Of a DNA stretch of 64,000 bases, positions 28,682 to 39,868 are shown in pieces. Both the position numbers and the translations under genes were made by a program. Under the pieces are notes generated by a model. It was not told the DNA's origin and searched no databases. It was given only the letters and a program-made list of their open reading frames with translations. Source of the DNA: Eubacteriales bacterium (GTDB lineage: Bacteria > Bacillota > Clostridia > Lachnospirales > Lachnospiraceae); NCBI GenBank assembly GCA_030536855.1, contig JAUNPK010000001.1, positions 4,965 through 68,964 on the forward strand, in the 5' to 3' direction. Position 1 is the stretch's first letter; each line of letters starts with the position of its first letter.

Positions 28682-29422
28682 CTATTCAACATATTCAATG
28701 TTCATAAGTGTCAGACCTTGAGGCGGAGCTGTCTGTCCTGCCTCTGTCCTATCACACGCAGAAAGCATCTCCTTTATATAATCCGGTTTATATTTTCCTT
28801 TCCCCACCTGAACCAGCGTTCCTGTAATTATCCTAACCATATTATAGAGAAATCCATTTCCCATTATGTCAAGGTATATCTCATCATTATGGCGTTTAAG
28901 TTGAATATCATAAATGGTTCTCACTGTTGATTCTGCCTGCGTCCTCACGCAGCAAAAACTTTTAAAATCATGTTCACCCACTATGTATTTTGCAGCCTCT
29001 TTCATAGCTTCAATATCCAGTTTTCCCTTTACATTCCATGTATAATTCCTTTTCTGTGGCACAGGAAATTCGGTATTTAGTATTCTGTAACGGTATGTCT
29101 TTCTGGTCTCACAATGTCTTGGATGAAAATCCGGGGCAACCTCACATGAACTTTGTACAGCAATATCCTCCGGTAAAAATCTGTTAAGAGCATAAGAAAA
29201 TCTTTCACCGGGTATTGAAGATTCCGTGTCAAACACAGCTACATTACCCAGGGCATGCACACCGGTATCCGTCCTGCTGGCACCTGTTACATGAACCTTC
29301 TCTTTTGTAAGTTCATATATGGCTTTATCCAATTCATTTTCTATGGTTGGTTCATTAGGCTGTATCTGCCATCCGCAATAGTTGGTTCCGTCATAAGCAA
29401 CCACCAGCTTAATTCTCTTCAT
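28682..29422 (-). CDS. truA: tRNA pseudouridine(38-40) synthase
   Basis: YDGTNYCGWQ, GASRTDTGVHA, FLYNMVR and APPQGL motifs. Confidence 0.96.
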   Translation of the reverse strand: MKRIKLVVAYDGTNYCGWQIQPNEPTIENELDKAIYELTKEKVHVTGASRTDTGVHALGNVAVFDTESSIPGERFSYALNRFLPEDIAVQSSCEVAPDFHPRHCETRKTYRYRILNTEFPVPQKRNYTWNVKGKLDIEAMKEAAKYIVGEHDFKSFCCVRTQAESTVRTIYDIQLKRHNDEIYLDIMGNGFLYNMVRIITGTLVQVGKGKYKPDYIKEMLSACDRTEAGQTAPPQGLTLMNIEYVE

Positions 29423-29435
29423 ACTATTCCCCACT

Positions 29436-29564
29436 CCGCAGGCACTTTAGTGCCAAAGGAATCGCGAGCCAAATATCAGATTTGGCTCTGCGATAAATGC
29501 TATTTGTGGTGCCTGCGGCACAAATAGCCGTATGAAAAATCAGCGCATCAGCGTGATTTTTCAC
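29436..29564. mobile_element. 129-bp multi-hairpin insertion with 13-bp target duplication that includes the truA SD
   Basis: ACTATTCCCCACT at 29423-29435 and 29565-29577; four internal hairpins; related copies at 8350 and 39869. Confidence 0.72.
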
Positions 29565-29591
29565 ACTATTCCCCACTAAATTCAATCATAT

Positions 29592-30392
29592 TTACAAAAA
29601 TATTCTAATTACAACGGCGATCAAAAGATAAAGTCCCATATAAAGATACGCCATCCGGTCTCTCTTCTCATATTTTAACGGCTTCATCTTAGTTCTTCCC
29701 TCGGAACCATGATAACATCTGGCTTCCATGGCAAGCGCAAGATCATTGGCTCTTCTGAAGGCTGATACAAATAATGGTACAAGTATGGGAACCATCGCCT
29801 TGGCTCTCTTCAATAAATTGCCATTTTCAAAATCTGCACCTCTTGCCATCTGGGCTTTCATTATCTTATCCGTCTCTTCTATAAGGATAGGAATAAATCT
29901 TAATGCTATGGACATCATCATGGCAACCTCATGTACTGGCACCTTTATATATTTTAAAAATCCCAGCCCTTTTTCAAGTCCATCCGTAAGATTATTAGGT
30001 GTAGTTGTAAGTGTCATAAGAGACGAACCGATAATCAGGTATATAATCCTTATAACCATAAATACAGCCGTTTTTAATCCCTGCTTTGTAATTGTAATCT
30101 TCCATACCGTTATCAACGGGTCTCCTGTGGTAAGAAAAAGATTAAATGCTGCACTTATTACTATTAATATAACTACCGCTTTCAAGCCCTTAACAATGAA
30201 CTTAAAAGGTATTTTGGAAATTTTTAAGACAGCGGCAAGACAAAATGTTATGAATATATACATCCATAAATTCTGTCCAAGAAATAGCGACACTATAAAT
30301 ATTAATGTACCCATAAGCTTTACTCTTGGGTCTAATTTATGAATCACTGAATCCGCTTTATAATACTGACCTATTGTAATATCTCTAATCAT
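29592..30392 (-). CDS. ecfT: ECF transporter transmembrane component T
   Basis: LDPRVK, ALRFIP, AQMARG and AMEARCY motifs. Confidence 0.95.
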   Translation of the reverse strand: MIRDITIGQYYKADSVIHKLDPRVKLMGTLIFIVSLFLGQNLWMYIFITFCLAAVLKISKIPFKFIVKGLKAVVILIVISAAFNLFLTTGDPLITVWKITITKQGLKTAVFMVIRIIYLIIGSSLMTLTTTPNNLTDGLEKGLGFLKYIKVPVHEVAMMMSIALRFIPILIEETDKIMKAQMARGADFENGNLLKRAKAMVPILVPLFVSAFRRANDLALAMEARCYHGSEGRTKMKPLKYEKRDRMAYLYMGLYLLIAVVIRIFL

Positions 30393-30456
30393 ATATTCTC
30401 CTGTTGACGTCGTGTCCGTTCGCCACTTATATGTTAATTGCTAATTAAAATTCCGG

Positions 30457-31302
30457 TTATCGTATTGCATTTAAAATGCTGTTTCTCGCCTCGTCCACTG
30501 TGATTACATTGGTATCCACATTAAAGCCGGCATTTTTAATATCATTCATAATGTAAGTTACCTGAGGCGCAGCAAGTCCGATACTTTCAAGTTCTCTATA
30601 ATGTGTAAATACATTTGCAGGTGTATCATCATACATTAAAATGCCGTCATTCATCACCATGATTCTGTCCACATATTTGGCTACATCCTCCATGCTGTGA
30701 GACACCAATATTATTGTCATTCCTGTTTCTTCTTTCAAATATTTCAAGCAATCCAAAATGTCATCTCTGCCTTTTGGATCAAGCCCCGCCGTTGGCTCAT
30801 CCAGAATAAGGACTTCCGGTTTCATGGCAAGCACACCTGCAATTGCCACCCTTCTCTTTTGTCCTCCTGACAAATCAAACGGTGACTGATAATATAGATT
30901 TTCATCAAGTCCCACCATTCTAAGACTTTCAAATGCCCTTATTTCATATTCCTGTCTGCTTAGCCCCTGATTCTTAGGTCCGAAACACACATCCTTAAAT
31001 ATATCTGTTTCAAAAAGCTGATGCTCGGGATACTGGAAAACCAGACCCACTCTGCTTCTTAAATCCTTCATATTGTAGCCGTCTTCATATATATCCTTGC
31101 CATTGTAATATATATGACCGCTTGTAGCCTTTATCAGCCCATTAAGGTGCTGTATAAATGTTGACTTACCGGAACCTGTATGACCTATCAGTCCAATAAA
31201 TTCGCCATCTTCAATAGCGCAGGAAATATTTTTTAATGCTTTTTTTTCAAAGCCTGTACCAATTTCGTATGTATAACTTATATTATCAACGATTATCGAC
31301 AT
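30457..31302 (-). CDS. ecfA2: ECF transporter ATPase A2
   Basis: GHTGSGKST, FQYPEHQLF, LSGGQKRRVAIA. Confidence 0.93.
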   Translation of the reverse strand: MSIIVDNISYTYEIGTGFEKKALKNISCAIEDGEFIGLIGHTGSGKSTFIQHLNGLIKATSGHIYYNGKDIYEDGYNMKDLRSRVGLVFQYPEHQLFETDIFKDVCFGPKNQGLSRQEYEIRAFESLRMVGLDENLYYQSPFDLSGGQKRRVAIAGVLAMKPEVLILDEPTAGLDPKGRDDILDCLKYLKEETGMTIILVSHSMEDVAKYVDRIMVMNDGILMYDDTPANVFTHYRELESIGLAAPQVTYIMNDIKNAGFNVDTNVITVDEARNSILNAIR

Positions 31303-31348
31303 ATGCTCTCCAATCTAACACGCAAAATGTTTCACTATTAAATCCCTG

Positions 31349-32206
31349 TTAATCAGCTCTGACTCTCTCCAATTCCTGAATTAATTCCTGATTAGTAAGA
31401 ATACCGTCTTTTATAGGAATACCTGCCTTTTTCAACTCATATGCCAGCTCAGTAACCTGAGGCACATCCAGTCTCAATTCTTTTAACTTCTCAACCTGTG
31501 AAAAAATCTGTCTCGGTGTTCCGCTCATGACAAGCTTTCCTTTATCCATAACATATACATGGTCTGCATCAATTACCTCTTCCATATAATGTGTTATAAG
31601 AATAATCGTAACATTTTCCTGTTTATTAAGCTGATGTAATACATTAATCACTTCTCTTCTTCCCAGAGGATCAAGCATTGCAGTAGGCTCGTCAAGAACT
31701 ATACACTTAGGCTTCATTGCGACTATTCCCGCTATGGCAACCCTCTGCTTCTGTCCTCCGGAAAGTTTGTTAGGTGAAGCATTTCTATACTCATACATTC
31801 CCACTGATTTTAAGCTGCTCTCTACTCTTTCCCATATCTCATCAGTAGGTACACCAATATTTTCAGGACCAAATCCAACCTCCTCATCAACCAGGGTACA
31901 TATTATCTGGTTATCAGGATTCTGAAACACCATTCCTGCAGTCTGGCGCACTTTCAATGTATTATCCCCATCCTTGGTGTCCATACCATCAACATAAACG
32001 GTGCCCTCTGTTGGCATAACCAATGCGTTAAGATGCTTTGCAAATGTTGATTTGCCGGAACCATTATGCCCTAACACAGCCACAAAATCTCCGGCTTTAA
32101 TATCTATATTAACGTTGTCAACCGCTGTAGTTATTCCCTCAACGTTACCATCTTCATCACGACGAATGTATTCAAATGTAAGATTTTCTGCCCTTATTAT
32201 TCCCAT
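31349..32206 (-). CDS. ecfA1: ECF transporter ATPase A1
   Basis: [28 protein letters not shown]; start moved to MGIIRA. Confidence 0.93.
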   Translation of the reverse strand: MGIIRAENLTFEYIRRDEDGNVEGITTAVDNVNIDIKAGDFVAVLGHNGSGKSTFAKHLNALVMPTEGTVYVDGMDTKDGDNTLKVRQTAGMVFQNPDNQIICTLVDEEVGFGPENIGVPTDEIWERVESSLKSVGMYEYRNASPNKLSGGQKQRVAIAGIVAMKPKCIVLDEPTAMLDPLGRREVINVLHQLNKQENVTIILITHYMEEVIDADHVYVMDKGKLVMSGTPRQIFSQVEKLKELRLDVPQVTELAYELKKAGIPIKDGILTNQELIQELERVRAD

Positions 32207-32298
32207 TATACATTCTCCTATCTGTAACCTCTCATTATATACAACAAGAGCGGACAGAAGTAGAGGCCCCCATCCGCTCATAAATTATAATATTAATA

Positions 32299-32835
32299 CT
32301 AAACTAATTCAAGAAGTACTTCCATAGCTGCATCGCCCTTACGTAAACCAATCTTTACGATTCTTGTGTATCCACCCTTGCGATCAACATACTTAGGAGC
32401 TATCTCATCAAATAACTTATCTGTGAGATCAACCTTCTTTGTGTTCTTCTTCTTTCCAGCAACTTCAGTAGGAACTTCTGTAACTGTGTAAAGAATCTTA
32501 TCCATCTGCTTTCTTGCATGGAGTCTTGAAGGAAGATCCTTTTTGATTTCCTTCTCTACTGTATCATAAACAGTAACCTTCTTGCCATTAACAACTTCTT
32601 TAACTCTCTTGCCGTTAGCATCTTTCTTTGCAACCTTAGCTGAAACAGTAACTGTCTCATAGTTGTCTTTTTCCTTAACTGCAAGTGTTATAAGCTTTTC
32701 AGCAATCTTTCTTACTTCCTTAGCTCTTGCCTCTGTAGTAACAATCTTTCCATTCTCGATTAAAGCTGTTACCTGACCTCTTAATAAAGCCTTTCTCTGG
32801 CTTGATGTTCTGCCAAGCTTTCTATACTTTGCCAT
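32299..32835 (-). CDS. rplQ: 50S ribosomal protein L17 (with internal insertion)
   Basis: [15 protein letters not shown]; GGYTRIVK...RKGDAA. Confidence 0.97.
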   Translation of the reverse strand: MAKYRKLGRTSSQRKALLRGQVTALIENGKIVTTEARAKEVRKIAEKLITLAVKEKDNYETVTVSAKVAKKDANGKRVKEVVNGKKVTVYDTVEKEIKKDLPSRLHARKQMDKILYTVTEVPTEVAGKKKNTKKVDLTDKLFDEIAPKYVDRKGGYTRIVKIGLRKGDAAMEVLLELV

Positions 32836-32911
32836 TTTATTTAACCTCCATTTGTAACGTCTATACAAGCGCATATGGTCTTACTGTATAGATGTCTTTG
32901 TCTACAAATAA

Positions 32912-33880
32912 TTAATCTTCGCTAGATTTAAGATGCAAATTTAACTGCTTAAGTTTCAAAAGCACTTCATCTAATGACTTCTTACCAAGATTTCTAACCT
33001 TGATCATATCATCTGGTGTCTTATTGCAAAGTTCCTCAACTGTGTTGATTCCTGCTCTTCTAAGACAATTAGATGAACGAACTGATAACTCAAGATCTTC
33101 AATACTCATTGAAAGAACCTTTGTTGATTCATCTTCCTGCTGCTCAACCATAATTTCAGCCTTAGCTGCATTTTCTGAAAGATTAATGAATCCCTTTAAA
33201 TGTTCACTGAGAACCTTAGCTGCAAGACTTAATGCTTCGTCCGGAGCGATAGTTCCATTTGTAAATATATCAAGAGTAAGCTTGTCAAAATCTGTATCCT
33301 GACCTACACGAGTGTTCTCAACAGCCATATTAACTCTCTCTACAGGTGTGTAAATTGAATCAATGGCAATAACGCCAGCTGCCTGATCGTCTCTCTTATT
33401 TCTTTCTGAGCTTACATAACCACGTCCATTTGTGATTGTAAGTTCCATAACGAGCTTGCTATCTGCATTATTAAGATGTGCAATAACAAGATCTGGATTT
33501 ATGATTTCAATATCAGGGTCTACCTGAATATCAGATGCTTTAACTACACCTTCGCCTACGAAGTCAATATGTGCTTCCTTAGGCTCAACAGAAACTCCGT
33601 TGTTCTTGATTGATAACTGCTTAATGTTCATTACGATTTCAGTAACATCTTCCTTAACGCCTGGAATTGAGCTGAATTCATGAAGAACGCCTTCAATCTT
33701 GATACTACTTACAGCAGTACCAACTAATGAAGAAAGCATAATTCTTCTCAATGAATTACCAAGTGTTAAACCATATCCTCTTTCAAGTGGCTCAACTACA
33801 AATCTTCCATACTTTCCATCTTCTGACTCTTCAGTCATCTCAATCTTTGGCATCTTGAAATTAAAATCTGCATCAACCAT
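32912..33880 (-). CDS. rpoA: RNA polymerase alpha subunit
   Basis: [16 protein letters not shown]; [10 protein letters not shown]; RNLGKKSL. Confidence 0.98.
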   Translation of the reverse strand: MVDADFNFKMPKIEMTEESEDGKYGRFVVEPLERGYGLTLGNSLRRIMLSSLVGTAVSSIKIEGVLHEFSSIPGVKEDVTEIVMNIKQLSIKNNGVSVEPKEAHIDFVGEGVVKASDIQVDPDIEIINPDLVIAHLNNADSKLVMELTITNGRGYVSSERNKRDDQAAGVIAIDSIYTPVERVNMAVENTRVGQDTDFDKLTLDIFTNGTIAPDEALSLAAKVLSEHLKGFINLSENAAKAEIMVEQQEDESTKVLSMSIEDLELSVRSSNCLRRAGINTVEELCNKTPDDMIKVRNLGKKSLDEVLLKLKQLNLHLKSSED

Positions 33881-33940
33881 GTATAGCCCCTCCTTCATTA
33901 TTGGGTTTAAATAAGTTTATTCTTTGCTAACCCTTAAAGA

Positions 33941-34534
33941 TTACTTAGAATATAACTCGACGATAAGCATCTCATTAACTGGAACATCGATAACTTCTCT
34001 TGTAGGTAATGACTTAACTGTACCCTTAAGAGCATCAGCATCAGCCTCTAACCACTCTGGAACTAATCTTCCATTAGTAGATTCAAGCACTTCCTTATAT
34101 CTTGCAGAAGACTTTGACTTCTCTCTGATTTCAATAACATCTCCAGCCTTAACTAAGTATGAAGGGATGTTAACGCACTTACCATTTACTAATACATGCT
34201 TATGATCTACGATCTGTCTTGCTTCTTTTCTTGTTCTGGCAAAACCTAATCTGAAGATAACATTGTCAAGTCTGAGCTCAAGCATAACCATAAGGTTCTC
34301 ACCAGTCATACCCTTCTGTCTCTCAGCCTTCTTATAGTAATTTCTGAAAGGCTTCTCTAATACACCGTAGATGAATTTAGCCTTCTGCTTCTCACGAAGC
34401 TGTAAACCGTACTCGCTAACCTTTCTTCCGGCATTCTTAGCCTTTCTTCTAGACTTTTTATCTATTCCTAAATATACAGGATCTAAATCAAGAGATCTAC
34501 ATCTCTTGAGCACAGGTGTTCTATTAACTGCCAT
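33941..34534 (-). CDS. rpsD: 30S ribosomal protein S4
   Basis: [12 protein letters not shown]; LELRLDN; RQIVDHKHV. Confidence 0.98.
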   Translation of the reverse strand: MAVNRTPVLKRCRSLDLDPVYLGIDKKSRRKAKNAGRKVSEYGLQLREKQKAKFIYGVLEKPFRNYYKKAERQKGMTGENLMVMLELRLDNVIFRLGFARTRKEARQIVDHKHVLVNGKCVNIPSYLVKAGDVIEIREKSKSSARYKEVLESTNGRLVPEWLEADADALKGTVKSLPTREVIDVPVNEMLIVELYSK

Positions 34535-34553
34535 TGTTATTTACCTCCCTAAA

Positions 34554-34949
34554 TTAAACTCTTCTACGCTTTGGTGGACGGCATCCATTATGTGGAACTG
34601 GAGTAACATCCTTAATACTTGTAACTTCAAGACCGCATGCAGAAAGAGCACGAATAGCTGCCTCTCTACCTGAACCAGGTCCCTTAACCATAACGTCTAC
34701 AGACTTTAATCCGTGAACTAAAGCAGCCTTTGTTGCTGTTTCTGCTGCCATCTGTGCTGCATATGGAGTAGACTTCTTAGATCCTCTGAATCCAAGTCCA
34801 CCTGCAGATGCCCATGATAAAGCATTTCCTTCTGCATCTGTTAAAGTAACTATTGTATTATTGAAAGATGACTGAATATGTGCCTGTCCTCTTTCAACAT
34901 TCTTTTTAACACGCTTCTTTGTCACTTTTTTTGTAACTTTCTGAGCCAT
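34554..34949 (-). CDS. rpsK: 30S ribosomal protein S11
   Basis: SFNNTIVT; KSTPYAAQ; [13 protein letters not shown]. Confidence 0.98.
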   Translation of the reverse strand: MAQKVTKKVTKKRVKKNVERGQAHIQSSFNNTIVTLTDAEGNALSWASAGGLGFRGSKKSTPYAAQMAAETATKAALVHGLKSVDVMVKGPGSGREAAIRALSACGLEVTSIKDVTPVPHNGCRPPKRRRV

Positions 34950-34978
34950 GATTATCTAACCTCCTGTGAGTTTAACAA

Positions 34979-35353
34979 TTATTTCTTCTTATTTGCTACT
35001 GTCTTCTTTGGACCCTTACATGTTCTTGCATTAGTCTTTGTTTTCTGACCTCTTACAGGAAGTCCCTTTCTGTGACGGATTCCTCTGTAGCAACCGATTT
35101 CCTTTAATCTCTTAATATTCATGGCAACTTCTCTTCTTAAGTCACCTTCTACTAAATTCTCTGTGTCTGCATCGATAACCTTAGCGATCTTTGCAACTTC
35201 CTCATCTGTTAAATCCTTAACTCGAGTATCTGGATTAACACCAGCCTCAGCAAGAATCTTAGATGCTCTAACTCGGCCAATACCATAAACATAAGTAAGT
35301 CCGATCTCGATACGTTTTTCTCTTGGTAAGTCTACACCTGAAATACGAGCCAT
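34979..35353 (-). CDS. rpsM: 30S ribosomal protein S13
   Basis: [10 protein letters not shown]; [15 protein letters not shown]. Confidence 0.98.
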   Translation of the reverse strand: MARISGVDLPREKRIEIGLTYVYGIGRVRASKILAEAGVNPDTRVKDLTDEEVAKIAKVIDADTENLVEGDLRREVAMNIKRLKEIGCYRGIRHRKGLPVRGQKTKTNARTCKGPKKTVANKKK

Positions 35354-35644
35354 GTGTTCTTTAACCTCCGTTTAATCAATAAATAATAATATTATGTAGT
35401 TTATACATACGCAGCTCGTCACTTAGTGACGCCTGAAATGTGTGCGTTGCCATAAAACTACGGATTTATAATATAGTAACGTTCCACCTACAACATAGCC
35501 TGGTGGTTCATTACTGCAGCCGCAAAACTATTATCTTACCTCTTACTATAATTATGAGGTAAAACTTATGTTGTGATGCCAACTAGTGATATTGACTTCA
35601 CAACGCACAAACATGAGAAGTATCTCTACTTCTCTCCTTAAGGA

Positions 35645-35758
35645 TTAACCCTGTCTCTGCTTGTGCTTAGGGTTTTCACATATTATCATGATTCTACCCT
35701 TTCTCTTAATGACTTTGCATTTTTCACAAATTGGTTTTACTGATGATCTAACCTTCAC
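35645..35758 (-). CDS. rpmJ: 50S ribosomal protein L36, Zn-binding type (absent from ORF track)
   Basis: GTG start; [37 protein letters not shown]; AAGGAGG SD. Confidence 0.97.
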   Translation of the reverse strand: MKVRSSVKPICEKCKVIKRKGRIMIICENPKHKQRQG

Positions 35759-35792
35759 TGCAAAAGCCTCCTTTCAGACAAGTTCGTTGACT

Positions 35793-35822
35793 ATTATAGC
35801 ACAGTATATTTTTATAATGCAA
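35793..35822 (-). promoter_or_regulatory. Internal sigma-A promoter upstream of rpmJ
   Basis: TTGCAT-18-TATAAT with extended TG. Confidence 0.65.
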
Positions 35823-35841
35823 GAAAAATTTTTACATTTTT

Positions 35842-36060
35842 TTACTTATCTCTCCAGATAATTCTTCCTTTTGTTAAATCGTATGGAGAAAGTTCAATTG
35901 TTACCTTATCTCCAGGAAGAATTCTGATAAAATTCATTCTTAATTTTCCGCTTATTGTTGCTAAAATCTGATGTCCATTTTCAAGTTCTACCTTAAAAAA
36001 TGCATTAGGTAACTTTTCAACAACAGTTCCTTCAATTTCGATTACATCTGCCTTTGACAT
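35842..36060 (-). CDS. infA: Translation initiation factor IF-1
   Basis: [12 protein letters not shown]; [17 protein letters not shown]. Confidence 0.98.
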   Translation of the reverse strand: MSKADVIEIEGTVVEKLPNAFFKVELENGHQILATISGKLRMNFIRILPGDKVTIELSPYDLTKGRIIWRDK

Positions 36061-36341
36061 ATATTGCCTCCTTTAATATCTTTAATCTGCTTTTTTATTG
36101 CCAATTTTATATCTTCGTTTCTTATTTCAAGATTTTGCTCGAGTTTATATGAAATCGTTTCATCACATTTTTTGATTACCTGAATATGTTTAATCTTCTT
36201 CTTCTTTAAATTGTCTGTAGTTCTTATCTTACCGTCACAAAGATAAACATATTCACCTTTCACATCAACAATAACATATATTGAACCTTTGTCATGTCCT
36301 GCCATTGAATATGCAAAATATCCAACTTTATAATCTATCAT
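36042..36341 (-). CDS. KOW-domain RNA-binding protein (L14e-like)
   Basis: SMAGHDKG...DGK.R.....KKKKIKHIQ; usual position between map and infA. Confidence 0.85.
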   Translation of the reverse strand: MIDYKVGYFAYSMAGHDKGSIYVIVDVKGEYVYLCDGKIRTTDNLKKKKIKHIQVIKKCDETISYKLEQNLEIRNEDIKLAIKKQIKDIKGGNICQRQM

Positions 36342-36360
36342 AACAGCTGTCTGCCTTTCT

Positions 36361-37116
36361 TTATTCAACTAAGGATAATATTTCCGGTCCGTTTTTTGTG
36401 ATTAACACTGTATTCTCATAATGGGCGGCTAAGGATTTATCCTGAGTTACTACTGTCCAGTCATCATCCAGCCACTTAACCGAATAACCTCCCGCCGAAA
36501 CCATAGGTTCTATGGCAAGGGTCATTCCTGAATATAGCTTCATTCCCCTTCGTTCCTGTCTAAAGTTAGGAATCTGTGGTTCCTCATGAAGCTCTGTGCC
36601 AATTCCATGCCCAACAAGATCTCTTATTACGCCGTATCCAAATGATTCATTATAATCAGCAATTGCATTTGAGATTTCATGTAGGTGGCAGCCTTCCTTG
36701 GCAAATTTTATTCCTTCAAAGAAACTCTGCTTTGTTCTTTCAATCAGTTTCGATGCTTCCTCACTTATCTCACCCACGCCTACTGTTCTGGCAGCATCTG
36801 AATGGTATCCGTGATATATAACTCCGGCGTCCATACTTATGATATCCCCATCTTTAAGAATACGCTTCTTAGATGGAATACCATGTACAACCTCTTCGTT
36901 AACTGATGTACATATTGAAGCAGGATATCCCTGATAATTTAAAAATGAAGGAATACATCCGTAGCTTCTTATCATCTCGTCGCCTAATTTATTAACCTGA
37001 TAAGTTGACATTCCCGGGTGAATCTCCTTACTTAAATCCCTAAGTACTGTTCCCAGTATTCTGCCCGCTTCTCTCATTAATTCAATTTCACGCTCTGATT
37101 TTACTGTTACAGACAT
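36361..37116 (-). CDS. map: Methionine aminopeptidase type I
   Basis: SVNEEVVHGIP; DAG...YHSDAART; GHGIG..LHEEP; HYENT. Confidence 0.96.
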   Translation of the reverse strand: MSVTVKSEREIELMREAGRILGTVLRDLSKEIHPGMSTYQVNKLGDEMIRSYGCIPSFLNYQGYPASICTSVNEEVVHGIPSKKRILKDGDIISMDAGVIYHGYHSDAARTVGVGEISEEASKLIERTKQSFFEGIKFAKEGCHLHEISNAIADYNESFGYGVIRDLVGHGIGTELHEEPQIPNFRQERRGMKLYSGMTLAIEPMVSAGGYSVKWLDDDWTVVTQDKSLAAHYENTVLITKNGPEILSLVE

Positions 37117-37123
37117 AACAAGC

Positions 37124-37768
37124 CTACTTTCCTAATACATTTACAATTGAATTAAACACATCTTCCATGCTCTGTGTACCGTCAACCTCTGCTAATATAC
37201 CCTTCTTAGAATAGTAATCAATTAATGGCTGTGTCTGATCATGATATACGGATAATCTGTTCTTTACTGTCTCCGGCTTATCATCATCTCTTAATATAAG
37301 TTTCTCTCCACAAGCATCACAGATACCTTCAACCTTAGTAGGGTTGAACTGAATGTGATATGTTGCACCACATCCTACACATGCACGTCTTCCTGACATT
37401 CTGTTAATAATATTTTCATCCGGAACTTCAACATTAATTGCAAAGTCTACAGATTCATTATTTGCACTTAAAGCCTTATCAAGAGCTTCTGCCTGAGGAA
37501 TTGTTCTTGGGAAACCATCCAGAACGTATCCGTTGGCACAATCTGCTTCCTTAAATCTATCCATAATAAGGTCAACTACCAATTCATCCGGTACAAGCTC
37601 ACCTTTATCCATATATGTCTTAGCCTTCTGACCAAGTTCTGTATTATTCTTTATATTCGCTCTGAATATATCTCCTGTTGAAATATGTGGGATTGCATAT
37701 TTTTCAGCAATTCTCTTAGCCTGAGTACCCTTACCTGCTCCCGGAGCACCTAACATAATAATTTTCAT
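37124..37768 (-). CDS. adk: Adenylate kinase
   Basis: [10 protein letters not shown]; LDGFPRT; Zn-lid CxxC...CxxC. Confidence 0.97.
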   Translation of the reverse strand: MKIIMLGAPGAGKGTQAKRIAEKYAIPHISTGDIFRANIKNNTELGQKAKTYMDKGELVPDELVVDLIMDRFKEADCANGYVLDGFPRTIPQAEALDKALSANNESVDFAINVEVPDENIINRMSGRRACVGCGATYHIQFNPTKVEGICDACGEKLILRDDDKPETVKNRLSVYHDQTQPLIDYYSKKGILAEVDGTQSMEDVFNSIVNVLGK

Positions 37769-37879
37769 ATTTTTCTCCATTCTTGCGCATAGCGCTGTAA
37801 AGTCCTAATACGTTTTCTCATTATACACAAATGACTCGCCCAGCATTTCTGCCAGGCAAGTCTATAATCATACATAAGC

Positions 37880-39199
37880 TTACTCGCTTAAGAATCCCTT
37901 ATAATAACGGTTAACCATCTTTGATTCAATCTGCTTTAATGTCTCAAGTACAACACCAACAATAATGATTATTGATGTTCCTCCAAATGAAACACTGGCA
38001 TTAAAGAATCCTGTGCACATGATTGGAATCAAGGCAATGATGAGTAATCCGATTGCACCGATAAACACGATGTAATTTAAGATTTTGTTGAGGTATTCAC
38101 TAGTAGACTTACCAGGTGTAATACCAGGTATTACTCCACCAGCTTTTTTCAAGTTATCTGCAACTTCAATAGGATTAAATGTAATTGATGTATAAAAATA
38201 TGCAAAAACAATAAGTAAAACAATGTATAATATTAATCCGATTGAATACTTAGGTGTTGCTACCTTACACCAGTATGATGAACTAAGGTACTTAGTCCAC
38301 TCATATGATTTACCGAATAACTGCGCAATAATTACAGGGAACTGCATAAGTGAGGATGCAAAAATAATCGGCATAACACCTGCAGTATTAACCTTTAATG
38401 GAATATTAGTTGACTGTCCGCCAACAGATCTTCTTCCGGTTACCTTCTGTGAGTACTGTACAGGAATTCTTCTCTCTCCATCCTGTAAAAAGCAAACCAA
38501 AACAACCATTACAACAAGAATCGCAATAATGATTGCTGCTGCTAAAACTCCTTTAGCAATTGTTCTCGGAGCAACGAATGTACTGTATAATGTTGCAAAA
38601 TCACCTGGCATTCCTGAGATAATGTTAATTAACAACACAATAGAAATACCATTACCAACACCATTTTCTGTGATTCTTTCACCAAGCCACATAAGCATTG
38701 CTGAACCTGCTGTAAGTGCTGCAACAACAACAATAAGACTTACTACATAATGCAATGTACTGAAATCTTTATATCCCTTAATAAGACCTGATCTACCGAA
38801 TCCAACTGCCATTGCAATACTTTCGATTAATGAAAGACCAACAGTTACATATCTTGTAATTGAAGCTATCTTCTTTCTACCATCTTCACCTTCTTTTTGC
38901 ATTTCCTCTAACTTAGGAATTGCAATAGTAAGAAGCTGCATGATAATAGAAGATGTGATATATGGGGTAATACTTAATGCGAAGAGGGACATTCTTTCGA
39001 ATGAACCTCCCGTAAATGCACTAAGGTAACTTAAATCACCTGTATTAATTCCACTAAGTAAGCTACTGAAATAATCTGTATCTACCCCAGGAATAGGAAG
39101 TAAGCTTCCCACTCTAACGACTACAAGAATCATAAGAGTATAAAGAATTTTTTTCCTTATATCTTTATTTTTAAATGCAGCTACAAGTGTTTTTAACAT
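37880..39199 (-). CDS. secY: Preprotein translocase SecY
   Basis: ALSITPYITSSIIMQLL; GVGNGIS; AGVMPIIFA; GGTSIII. Confidence 0.98.
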   Translation of the reverse strand: MLKTLVAAFKNKDIRKKILYTLMILVVVRVGSLLPIPGVDTDYFSSLLSGINTGDLSYLSAFTGGSFERMSLFALSITPYITSSIIMQLLTIAIPKLEEMQKEGEDGRKKIASITRYVTVGLSLIESIAMAVGFGRSGLIKGYKDFSTLHYVVSLIVVVAALTAGSAMLMWLGERITENGVGNGISIVLLINIISGMPGDFATLYSTFVAPRTIAKGVLAAAIIIAILVVMVVLVCFLQDGERRIPVQYSQKVTGRRSVGGQSTNIPLKVNTAGVMPIIFASSLMQFPVIIAQLFGKSYEWTKYLSSSYWCKVATPKYSIGLILYIVLLIVFAYFYTSITFNPIEVADNLKKAGGVIPGITPGKSTSEYLNKILNYIVFIGAIGLLIIALIPIMCTGFFNASVSFGGTSIIIIVGVVLETLKQIESKMVNRYYKGFLSE

Positions 39200-39200
39200 A

Positions 39201-39641
39201 CTAGATCACCTCGCAAGAACCACCAAGAGCTTCTATCTTTTCTTTAGCTGAAGCACTGAATGCGTTTGCCTTTACATTAAGCTTCTTTGTAAGCTCACCA
39301 TTAGCAAGAATCTTAATTCCATCCTTAGGATTCTTAACGATTCCTGACTCAATTAATGTATCTACAGTAACCTCTGCACCGTTATCGAATCTCTCTAATG
39401 TGCTGATGTTAATAGCAACGAATTCCTTGCGGTTTCTATTTGTGAAACCTCTCTTAGGAATTCTTCTATATAATGGCATCTGTCCACCTTCAAAGCCTGG
39501 TCTTGGTGCTCCTGAACGAGCCTTCTGTCCTTTGTGACCCTTACCGGCAGTCTTGCCGTTACCAGATCCATGTCCACGACCTCTTCTGAAATTATCACTT
39601 GTTACAGAACCTTCTGCAGGTCTTAAATTAGATAAATCCAT
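39201..39641 (-). CDS. rplO: 50S ribosomal protein L15
   Basis: [19 protein letters not shown]; FEGGQMPL. Confidence 0.98.
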   Translation of the reverse strand: MDLSNLRPAEGSVTSDNFRRGRGHGSGNGKTAGKGHKGQKARSGAPRPGFEGGQMPLYRRIPKRGFTNRNRKEFVAINISTLERFDNGAEVTVDTLIESGIVKNPKDGIKILANGELTKKLNVKANAFSASAKEKIEALGGSCEVI

Positions 39642-39669
39642 CTCTGCACCTCCTTATCTGATTTATTTA

Positions 39670-39855
39670 TTAGATTTCTTCTACCTTTAACATGTAACCA
39701 ATCTGCTGAATCTGTCCTCTTGTTGCAGCATTATCAGGAAGTTCAACTGTCTTATGCATCTTTGTAAGACCCATAGCTTCAACAGTTCTTCTATGCTTAG
39801 GAACAGCACTGATTGGAGACTTTACTAAAGTTATTCTTAACTTCTTATCAGCCAT
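39670..39855 (-). CDS. rpmD: 50S ribosomal protein L30
   Basis: ITLVKSPI...TVEAMGL.K...VELPDN. Confidence 0.95.
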   Translation of the reverse strand: MADKKLRITLVKSPISAVPKHRRTVEAMGLTKMHKTVELPDNAATRGQIQQIGYMLKVEEI

Positions 39856-39868
39856 TTTAACCTCCATG

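Noticed and set aside
8350-29564. A dedicated tRNA-modification regulon because the element precedes both dus and truA
   Set aside because: Only two cases; a third relative precedes rpmD, the dus copy is truncated, and the target duplication indicates insertion. Kept only as a testable side hypothesis
32480-32680. Long internal insertion in L17
   Set aside because: As I recall, a usual feature of Lachnospiraceae L17, so not notable here
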